Positions 1 through 7,284 of a DNA stretch of 36,515 nt are shown one piece after another. Position numbers and translations under genes: made by a program. The notes under the pieces were generated by a model. That model saw only the letters and a program-made list of their open reading frames with translations, was not told the DNA's origin and ran no database searches. Source of the stretch: Candidatus Levyibacteriota bacterium (lineage in GTDB: Bacteria; Patescibacteriota; Microgenomatia; Levybacterales; GWA1-39-11); the NCBI GenBank assembly GCA_039738415.1, contig JBCLLY010000007.1, forward strand, positions 1-36,515. Direction: 5' to 3'. How positions within the stretch are numbered: position 1 is the first letter of the stretch; each line of letters opens with the position of its first letter.

Positions 1-1
1 T

Positions 2-502
2 ATCATTGGTTTTTTAGATGCGGGTATGGATATCGACCCAAATGGTATTGAAATGCTTATAAATCATATGGTTTGGTACGACGCAGATATTATTGTAGGC
101 AGCAAGCTACATCCCGTATCCAGAGTGGATTATCCTTTCTCAAGAAAAATATTATCTTGGGGATATAGGAGCTTTACCCACCTGCTTTTTGGATTTAGAA
201 TCCGCGATACTCAAGTAGGTCTGAAGTTTTTTAAAAGTAAAGTTGCCCAGGATGTTTTTTCCAGGTCTCTGGTTAAAAACTTTGCTTTTGATGTAGAAGT
301 TTTAGCTCTTGCTTATGCTCTGGGATACAAAAAAATATACGAGGCTCCTATTAAACTTAAATTTAAAAGTAATTCGTCTATAACAAATAGTAATTTCTGG
401 AAGGTAATTTTTCGTATGCTTGTGGATACTTTGGCAATTTATTACCGTTTGAAAATTATTCAATACTACAAAAAAGACAATAAAAAGAATTGGATTAATT
501 AA
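2..502 (+). CDS. GT2 glycosyltransferase (polyprenol-phosphate glycosyltransferase/DPM1-like), 5'-truncated by the window edge
   Basis: The frame is open from nt 2 (IIGFLDAGMD, a DxD-region motif). It carries IRDTQVGLKFF and FAFDVEVL motifs typical of DPM/DPG-synthase-like GT2. Confidence 0.85.
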   Translation: MIGFLDAGMDIDPNGIEMLINHMVWYDADIIVGSKLHPVSRVDYPFSRKILSWGYRSFTHLLFGFRIRDTQVGLKFFKSKVAQDVFSRSLVKNFAFDVEVLALAYALGYKKIYEAPIKLKFKSNSSITNSNFWKVIFRMLVDTLAIYYRLKIIQYYKKDNKKNWIN

Positions 503-539
503 TATTACAAATATTACAAATGCCACAAATAATACAAAT
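501..539 (+). repeat. 9-bp-period degenerate tandem array (left arm of the four-helix-bundle element)
   Basis: aatattaca aatattaca aatgccaca aataataca aat. Confidence 0.8.
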
Positions 540-545
540 TCCTCA

Positions 546-731
546 ATGAATAAAAAATACGATATTCACGATAGGATTTATAAGTTCATTGTTAGAGTAA
601 TTGTTCTGGTAAATAAGCTTATTTCCGCTACGAACCTGCCGAAAATAAAAGACGAAGCCCTAGATGTTCTCTCGGAAGGTAAGGAAATAGTGGCAATCGT
701 TAGTACAATAATAAACAAAACCCGCAGATGA
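546..731 (+). pseudogene. Four-helix-bundle (TIGR02436 / 23S rRNA-IVP-like) gene with an in-frame internal deletion
   Basis: The N-terminus KYDIHDRIYKFIVRVIVLVNKL and C-terminus LIS...EGKEIVAIVSTII resemble helices 1 and 4 of the family. The central QLLRSxTSIGAN...EA...F...KEAKET..W core is missing, leaving 61 aa against roughly twice that for typical members. Confidence 0.7.
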
Positions 732-751
732 ATATTATAAATGTTCTAAAT

Positions 752-798
752 ATTTAGATATTTGATATTGGTATGTATTTGTAGTATTGGTAGTATTT
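752..798 (-). repeat. 9-bp-period array, inverted relative to 501-539 (right arm)
   Basis: 777-797 atttgtagtattggtagtatt has the reverse complement aatactaccaatactacaaat, which matches 501-521 aatattacaaatattacaaat at 18/21. Confidence 0.75.
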
Positions 799-801
799 AA
801 T

Positions 802-1905
802 ATGAATATATTAATTCTTAATTGGAGGGATATAAAAAATCCTGCAAGTGGTGGTGCAGAGATTGTTACACTAGAGCATGCTAAAGCATGGATTAAGAAC
901 GGACATAACGTTACATGGTTTACCTCCAAATTTAACGGCGCAAAAGAAAAAGAAATAATTAATAATATTAATATTGTGCGACGCGGTAATTTTATAACTG
1001 TTTATCTGTATGCTCCGTTTTATTATTTATTTTCAAGAAATAAATTTGACTTGGTTATAGATGAGATTCACGGTTTACCGTTTTTTACGCCTCTTTATGT
1101 AAGAAAACCAAAAATAGCATTTATTCATGAAGTAGCGGATGAAATTTGGGACTATATGTTTCCTTTCCCTATAAATAAAATCGGTAAATTAATGGAACCA
1201 CTACTATTTCTACCATATAAAAATGTGAAATTTATTACGGTTTCGGATTCAACCAAGAAATCCTTAATAGAAATGGGAATAAAAGAAAAAAATATAACAA
1301 TTGTTTTTAATGGAACAAGAGGAAAATATCTCAATAGTTTACCTCGTAAAGAAAAAGTTCTGACTTTTATTTTTGTGAGTAGGGTTGTAAAAATGAAAGG
1401 CATAGAAGAAGTAATTAGAGCATTTTTTTATGTATTAAGAGAAATTAAGGACGCACGACTTTGGATAGTCGGGGACGGAGAGAAAAAATATATGGAAGAA
1501 CTTAAGGAAACAATGAGATCATATTCCATAACTCCTAAAGTCAATTTTTTTGGCAGAGTAACGGACGCGAAAAAACTGGAGCTTATGAAAAGAGCCCACA
1601 TACTGCTTCATGCTTCAGTAAGGGAGGGATGGGGTTTGGTTGTAATAGAAGCTGCAAGCCAGGGAACTCCATCTGTTGTTTATAACGTTGCGGGATTAAG
1701 AGACTCTGTAAAAAATGGGGGAACAGGAGTTGTTTTGTCTAAGAATACTCCCAATGAGATGTCAGAGCAAGCAATATGTCTTTATAAAGATAAGAAAAGA
1801 TATGAAAATTTTCAGAAAAACGGTTTGTCATGGGCAAAAAGTTTAACATGGGAAAAAGCAACAAAACAAAGTTTGGATTTATTAGAAAAAACAGCAAATG
1901 GATAA
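802..1905 (+). CDS. GT4 glycosyltransferase
   Basis: MNILILNWRDIKNPASGGAE N-terminus and EGWGLVVIEA motif. ATG 802 is preferred over the TTG at 787. Confidence 0.92.
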   Translation: MNILILNWRDIKNPASGGAEIVTLEHAKAWIKNGHNVTWFTSKFNGAKEKEIINNINIVRRGNFITVYLYAPFYYLFSRNKFDLVIDEIHGLPFFTPLYVRKPKIAFIHEVADEIWDYMFPFPINKIGKLMEPLLFLPYKNVKFITVSDSTKKSLIEMGIKEKNITIVFNGTRGKYLNSLPRKEKVLTFIFVSRVVKMKGIEEVIRAFFYVLREIKDARLWIVGDGEKKYMEELKETMRSYSITPKVNFFGRVTDAKKLELMKRAHILLHASVREGWGLVVIEAASQGTPSVVYNVAGLRDSVKNGGTGVVLSKNTPNEMSEQAICLYKDKKRYENFQKNGLSWAKSLTWEKATKQSLDLLEKTANG

Positions 1906-3214
1906 ATTACTTTTTAAATTTAGATTTGTAATACTTGTATTAATTCTTGTCTTAGGATTTGCTTTAAGAAATCATAATCTTAATACCTGGCCAAGATTAG
2001 GTGCTACTTTTGACGAATACGCCTGGACGTGGCAGGGAATGAATTTAATTCAAACTGGCGTTCCTTCCTCATGGTCCCCTCACGCTCAATACACGAATTT
2101 TGAACAGATAATATACCAGGAAGCAAATTTTAGAATAGTTACGCCCTTTTTAGAGCACCCGCCATTATTCGGATTAGTTGCTGGGAGTTTTGCGATTCTG
2201 AATGGAGTAGATACCATGCTAGATTTGCATATTCGTGATATAAGGCCCCTTGCTTTAATTTTAGGAACATTAAGTATTGGTTTAGTTTTTCTTTTAACGA
2301 GAGAGCTATATGACAAGAAAACCGCGCTTATTGCCTCATTTTTATATGCAGTAATTCCAACAGTGGTTGTGGGGTCTAGAATTGTCCAAAATGAAAATTT
2401 CTTTATTCCCATGTGGCTATTGTCACTTTATTTTGTTTCAAAATATATAAAAGAAAAAAGAACTATTTTTCGAAATATAGCAGCAATTATTTGTGGTCTT
2501 TTAGTGCTAGCAAAAATCCCCTGGATTGCGGCAGCAGGCTCAATCTTCTTAATTTTTCTTTATCTGAAAAAGTATAAAGATGCGGCACTTTTTATTTTTG
2601 CTCCCGTCTTGGGTTTACTGGTTTTCATAGGATACGGATTATATTATGATGCTGATTTATTTGTGAAGCTTTGGGGACTTCAGGTTGCCAGATACGATCT
2701 GACTTTTACCAGTTTTTTTGCATTATTTCAAAAGCCATATCTCGTAGATAGGTTTTATTTAGATGGCTGGATTTATTTCGGGTGGTTTGCATTCGTACTT
2801 GCCTTAACAAATTTTAAAAAACACTACATAATAATTTTTGCGCTGCTTTCTTATTTTGTGATATTTATTGCAGGAATTCCTGATGAGCCTGGGCATGGGT
2901 GGTATAGATATCCATTCTATCCATTTTTAATTATTTCAACTGCTTTATTTATAAAAGAATACTTTAATAAAAATTATATCCTGACATTTTTACTTCTTAT
3001 TTTTACTGGACTTTCTATGCTGGAATTGTCATGGACGCAGACTTTTGGATTCTCATTCTTGGTATTTAGAGGATTTATATTATTATCCGCTTTATCCCTT
3101 TTACCATTATTTTTTCCAAAAACGAAAAAAATATCAGGGTATATTAATTACTTTACATTAGCTATAATATTTATTCTAAATACCTGGTCAGTACTTTTAT
3201 ACAATGAGCAATAG
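1898..3214 (+). CDS. GT-C fold membrane glycosyltransferase (PMT/ArnT-like, GT39/GT83)
   Basis: Multi-TM protein with a DE acidic pair after TM1 (ATFDEYAW), an EHPPL motif and a late RYxYP motif. Confidence 0.85.
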   Translation: MDKLLFKFRFVILVLILVLGFALRNHNLNTWPRLGATFDEYAWTWQGMNLIQTGVPSSWSPHAQYTNFEQIIYQEANFRIVTPFLEHPPLFGLVAGSFAILNGVDTMLDLHIRDIRPLALILGTLSIGLVFLLTRELYDKKTALIASFLYAVIPTVVVGSRIVQNENFFIPMWLLSLYFVSKYIKEKRTIFRNIAAIICGLLVLAKIPWIAAAGSIFLIFLYLKKYKDAALFIFAPVLGLLVFIGYGLYYDADLFVKLWGLQVARYDLTFTSFFALFQKPYLVDRFYLDGWIYFGWFAFVLALTNFKKHYIIIFALLSYFVIFIAGIPDEPGHGWYRYPFYPFLIISTALFIKEYFNKNYILTFLLLIFTGLSMLELSWTQTFGFSFLVFRGFILLSALSLLPLFFPKTKKISGYINYFTLAIIFILNTWSVLLYNEQ

Positions 3215-3250
3215 GCGATTATTATCAATTATATTTGTAATAAAGTAAAA

Positions 3251-4081
3251 ATGAGTAAAGTAATAATAAATCTGTGTCCAACGGGGATGGTTCCTACAAA
3301 AGAGATGAATTCTCATACTCCAATTACACCTGTTGAAATTATCAAAACAGCATTAGCTTGTGCAAGATTAGGTGCTTCTATTATCCATATCCATCCAAGA
3401 GATAAAGATGGAAAACCTACATGGAAAAGAGAAGTATTCGAACGAATAATCTACGGAATAAAAGAAAAAAATGATAAATTAATTATTAATGTTACAACCA
3501 GTGGTAGAAATTGGTCGGAATTTGAGAAGAGATCCGAATGTCTTGAAATAGACGGCCCCCTAAAACCCGATTTAGCTTCCTTAACTGTAGGCTCTTTAAA
3601 CTTTATGACTCAAGAGTCCGTTAGTTCTCCTACTATGATTGAAAAACTTGCTTTAAAGATGAAAGAGAAAGGAATTAAACCGGAACTTGAAGTATTTGAG
3701 CCCGGAATGATCCATAAGGCAAAATACCTAATTCGTAAGGGAATTATTGATTCAAATAGACCATATTTTAACATTCTATTAGGATCTTTGGGAACCTCAC
3801 CTCTTGAGCCGTCAGTTTTCTCAGCTTTTCATTCAATCTTACCGCAAGATTCTGTTTGGAGCGCTGCAGGCATTGGGCAATTTCAATTGGATGCAAACGT
3901 TATGGGTTTATCTTTTGGAGGACATGTTCGAGTAGGTCTTGAGGATAATCTATACTTTGATAGAGAGAAAAAGAAAGTGGCTTCAAATGAAAAATTGATT
4001 GAGAGAATTGCTTCAATAATTAGACTTATGAAACTCGAGGTTGCTACGCCCATAGAAGCACGTGAGATTCTTGATATTTAA
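3251..4081 (+). CDS. Beta-keto acid cleavage enzyme (BKACE/DUF849, 3-keto-5-aminohexanoate cleavage enzyme family)
   Basis: PITPxEI, GASIIHIHPRD (HxH metal motif), GIKPELEVFE and GGHVRVGLEDN. Confidence 0.93.
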   Translation: MSKVIINLCPTGMVPTKEMNSHTPITPVEIIKTALACARLGASIIHIHPRDKDGKPTWKREVFERIIYGIKEKNDKLIINVTTSGRNWSEFEKRSECLEIDGPLKPDLASLTVGSLNFMTQESVSSPTMIEKLALKMKEKGIKPELEVFEPGMIHKAKYLIRKGIIDSNRPYFNILLGSLGTSPLEPSVFSAFHSILPQDSVWSAAGIGQFQLDANVMGLSFGGHVRVGLEDNLYFDREKKKVASNEKLIERIASIIRLMKLEVATPIEAREILDI

Positions 4082-4084
4082 ATT

Positions 4085-4951
4085 ATGAATAGTAGTCCTC
4101 TCGTCTCAATTATAATACCGACGAGAAATTCCTCCTGTCATTTACCAACTTTACTAAAAAGCATTGCTGACCAAAATTTTACAAGAGTGGAAAGTTTAAT
4201 AGTTGATAATAAGTCCGAAGATAAAACTTTACAAATTGCAAAAAAATATAAACTTAAAATTATTTCTTGTGAAGGCATACCGCCTCAGGTTGCAAAACAA
4301 AGGAATATGGGAGCTTCCGAGTCTAAAGGCGATTACTTATTTTTCATGGACCATGACATGGAATTAAGTGATAATTTTTTAAATGATTTTTCAAAAGAAA
4401 TATTAAAAAATGACACAGACGCCTGGTATATCCATGAAAAAATTATTTCCAATAGTAAAATTTTGTCGATAGTTAGAAATTTTGAAGCAGGTTTTATAGA
4501 TGGTACAGTTATAAGTGCGGCAAGGATGATAAAGCGAGAAGTTTTTTTTCCTGTGGGAGGATTTGATGAAAGTTTATCTGGGGGACCATCTGACTGGGAT
4601 TTAAATAATAGATTAAAATTAAAAAATGCGAAGTTTGCTATCTTTAAAAGAATAATATATCATCATGAAGAAAATTTAAGTTTTAAAAACTATATATTTA
4701 AAAAAACTTCATATATTAAAGGTGGAGAAAAATATAAACGTAAATGGAAAGAAGCTGATAATAACGTATATAGAACTATTGTAAATAGACAATATGGAAC
4801 TTATTATAGATTAATTGGTGTATTTATTGAAAATGCTAAATGGAAAAAACTGCTTAAGAATTTAAATAAATATATTATTTTTCTAGCTATAAAATTATTT
4901 TTAGCATTAAATTACCAAATGAATTTGTATTATAAAAAATATGTTAAATAA
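4085..4951 (+). CDS. GT2 glycosyltransferase
   Basis: VSIIIPTRN, VDNKSEDKT, FMDHD (DxD) and GGFDE. Confidence 0.92.
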   Translation: MNSSPLVSIIIPTRNSSCHLPTLLKSIADQNFTRVESLIVDNKSEDKTLQIAKKYKLKIISCEGIPPQVAKQRNMGASESKGDYLFFMDHDMELSDNFLNDFSKEILKNDTDAWYIHEKIISNSKILSIVRNFEAGFIDGTVISAARMIKREVFFPVGGFDESLSGGPSDWDLNNRLKLKNAKFAIFKRIIYHHEENLSFKNYIFKKTSYIKGGEKYKRKWKEADNNVYRTIVNRQYGTYYRLIGVFIENAKWKKLLKNLNKYIIFLAIKLFLALNYQMNLYYKKYVK

Positions 4952-5594
4952 TATATATATTTTAGGTGCAGGCAGGATGGCCAGGGAAGTTTACCAAATC
5001 TATGTAATTCTTGGTAAAAAAAGCTTCGTTAAGGGTTTCTTAATAAATTCCGGATCTGATATGGAAAAAATTGATTCTAAGCCTGTTATTAATTACCCTA
5101 ATATAAAAAAAATAAGTAAAAAAGCATCTCTTGTAAATGGAATGGGTAGTATACTGAGAAAGACTTGGATTTTAGAACTTGAAGATAAAAGTTTTACGTT
5201 TGACAGTATTATTCACCCCACAGTAGTAATGGGAGAAGGTGTAAGCTGCGGAAAAGATTTAGTAATTTTTCCAAATAGCACAGTACTTTCTAACGTTGTT
5301 TTAGGAAATCACGTTTTTATTAGCGCAAATACTTACATTGGCCATGATTCAATTATTGGGAATTTCGTAACAGTTGCGCCAGGAGTTAACATTGGAGGTT
5401 ATTCAAAAATAGGAAACGGAACTTTTATTGGTATTGGTTCATCTATAATTCAAGGGATTAAAATTGGTTCAAACGTAGTAATAGGTGCTGGTTCAGTAGT
5501 TGTTGAAGATATTCCTGATGGGGTAGTAGCATATGGTAATCCTGCTAAGCCGGCTAAAAAAGTAACTGAAGAATTTTTAAAAAAATTATTGTAA
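4941..5594 (+). CDS. NeuD/PglD/VioB-family sugar acyltransferase (hexapeptide repeats)
   Basis: IYILGAGRMAREV N-domain, IGHD catalytic His, LbH repeats and a GNPAK terminus. Confidence 0.92.
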   Translation: MLNNIYILGAGRMAREVYQIYVILGKKSFVKGFLINSGSDMEKIDSKPVINYPNIKKISKKASLVNGMGSILRKTWILELEDKSFTFDSIIHPTVVMGEGVSCGKDLVIFPNSTVLSNVVLGNHVFISANTYIGHDSIIGNFVTVAPGVNIGGYSKIGNGTFIGIGSSIIQGIKIGSNVVIGAGSVVVEDIPDGVVAYGNPAKPAKKVTEEFLKKLL

Positions 5595-5597
5595 CTT

Positions 5598-6704
5598 ATG
5601 ATTAATGTTACCAAAACCGACCTGCCCAAAAGAGAGAAATTTGATAAATATTTAGATGAAATTTGGAAAACTCATTGGATAACAAATAATGGGAAATTTG
5701 TACAACTATTGGAAAAGAAATTAAAGAATTTTTTGAAAGTAAAAAATCTCACTCTTGTAAGCAATGGAACATCGGGACTTCAACTTGTGCTCAAAGCATT
5801 GGATCTTGAAGGAGAGATAATTACTACCCCTTTTACTTTTCCGGCAACTACAAACGCAATATTATGGGAAGGTCTTACGCCGATATTTGCAGATATAGAT
5901 ATCGAAACATTCAATATCGATCCTAAAGATGTTGAGCGAAAAATAAGCAATAAAACCTCTGCAATTCTTGCTGTACACGTGTATGGAAATCCTTGCGATG
6001 TAGAAAAACTAGAAGAAATTGCAAAAAAATATAATTTAAAACTAATTTTTGATGCGGCTCATGCATTTAATGTTGAATATAAGAATAAATCAATTTTAGA
6101 GTATGGAGACGCATCTATTTTAAGTTTTCATGCTACAAAGATTTTCCATACAATTGAGGGAGGAGCAATAGCAACTAGAAATAAAAATATTTTAGAAAAA
6201 TTAAAATTATTAAAGAATTTTGGCATAAAATCTGATGAAGAAGTTTTATTACCTGGAATTAATGCAAAAATGAATGAATTTCAAGCTGCAATGGGGTTAA
6301 GCAATATTCCGACCATTGAGAAAAATACAGTAAAAAGAATGAAAATATATCAAATTTATAAAACAAAACTAAAAAACTTAAAAAAAATTAAGTTCCAAAA
6401 ATTAACATCGTCCAAATACAATTGCTCATACATGCCTGTTGTCTTTGAAAATCAAAAAACTAGAGATAAAATTTATAGAAAACTAATAACCAATAACATC
6501 AAAGCTAGAAAATATTTTTACCCGTTAACCTCAAGTTTTGATTATGTTAAAAAAAACACTCCCGTCTATAAACTTAATAATGCTAAGCAAATATCCGATT
6601 CTGTTCTTTGTCTACCAATCTATCCCGAATTAAAGTTAGGTGAACTTAATAGTATTATAAAAATTGTAAATAATAGCATTTCATTTATTAAACAAGTTGA
6701 ATAA
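5598..6704 (+). CDS. DegT/DnrJ PLP-dependent NDP-sugar aminotransferase, VioA-like
   Basis: WITNNG, TTPFTFPAT, VHVYGNPC, DAAHAF, SFHATK (PLP Lys) and GINAKMNEFQAAMGL. Confidence 0.93.
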   Translation: MINVTKTDLPKREKFDKYLDEIWKTHWITNNGKFVQLLEKKLKNFLKVKNLTLVSNGTSGLQLVLKALDLEGEIITTPFTFPATTNAILWEGLTPIFADIDIETFNIDPKDVERKISNKTSAILAVHVYGNPCDVEKLEEIAKKYNLKLIFDAAHAFNVEYKNKSILEYGDASILSFHATKIFHTIEGGAIATRNKNILEKLKLLKNFGIKSDEEVLLPGINAKMNEFQAAMGLSNIPTIEKNTVKRMKIYQIYKTKLKNLKKIKFQKLTSSKYNCSYMPVVFENQKTRDKIYRKLITNNIKARKYFYPLTSSFDYVKKNTPVYKLNNAKQISDSVLCLPIYPELKLGELNSIIKIVNNSISFIKQVE

Positions 6705-6971
6705 TTGAATAACAAACTTTTAGATTACGTAGTGTGTCCAAATTGCAGATTTAGGAAATTTATCGATAGAAAGAGATATTTGGATTGTTCGTTATGCAAA
6801 TCTCAATATCCAATAAAAAACAATATTCTAATTTTAATTATGCCTAGAAAACAAAAAAGTATTTTAAATATTTGGAATACTGAGGGAGAGTATGCGAAGC
6901 TTCATTTAAAAAGAACATTTGCCGATAGCAAAGGTAATGCCACAACGGCCACGTACCTTAAAAGTGCTTAA
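6705..6971 (+). pseudogene. Trm112-like Zn-ribbon N-terminal fragment, probably of a truncated methyltransferase
   Basis: LLDYVVCPNC...CSLCKSQYPIKNNILIL. The ORF stops at 88 aa with no SAM-binding motif. Confidence 0.55.
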
Positions 6972-7053
6972 GTCTTTTGCAAAAAGCTTGACTTGGAAAA
7001 AAGCAACAAAGCAAAGCCTTGAATTAATAGAAAGCCTTGGGTTTTCAAAATAA
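6964..7053 (+). pseudogene. C-terminal remnant of a GT4 paralogous to 802-1905
   Basis: Translates VLKSFAKSLTWKKATKQSLELIESLGFSK*, compared with GLSWAKSLTWEKATKQSLDLLEK at the end of 802-1905. Confidence 0.8.
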
Positions 7054-7094
7054 CCCTGCTAATATTTCATTATGATAAAAAATAACCCTGCTAA
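7047..7094 (+). repeat. 16-bp perfect direct repeat
   Basis: aaaataaccctgctaa at 7047-7062 and 7079-7094. Confidence 0.85.
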
Positions 7095-7197
7095 ACTTAA
7101 AAATGAACGCAAGATGAGGGAAATAGTTTCCAGTAGTAATGGAAAGTATTGGCAATTAGTTTCCAACCGCAATATAATATTGTGTGAGAAATTTTAA
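7072..7197 (+). pseudogene. 41-aa mini-ORF, possible internally deleted gene remnant
   Basis: MIKNNPAKLKNERKMREIVSSSNGKYWQLVSNRNIILCEKF*. The ending resembles the last beta-strand of class I methyltransferases, which is weak evidence. Confidence 0.3.
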
Positions 7198-7233
7198 TTT
7201 TGTGGATGCAAAGAACTTTATCATACCTATTGG

Positions 7234-7284
7234 CTTTATGAACTTTTACTTTATAACTTTATAAACTTTATGAACTTTATAACT
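7234..7284 (+). repeat. ~9-bp-period degenerate array spanning the flippase start codon
   Basis: ctttatgaa ctttta ctttataa ctttataaa ctttatgaa ctttataa ct. Confidence 0.8.

Noticed and set aside
546-731. Diversity-generating retroelement suggested by the Avd-like fold
   Set aside because: No reverse transcriptase is present, and I saw no TR/VR pair with adenine-specific mismatches.
735-929. Minus-strand ORF with LNTTNTTNT
   Set aside because: It is a product of the 9-bp array and is antisense to the GT4 5' end.
3251-4081. Lysine fermentation pathway (kce)
   Set aside because: No kamA, kamDE, kdd or kal neighbours are present, so only family membership is supported and no gene symbol is given.
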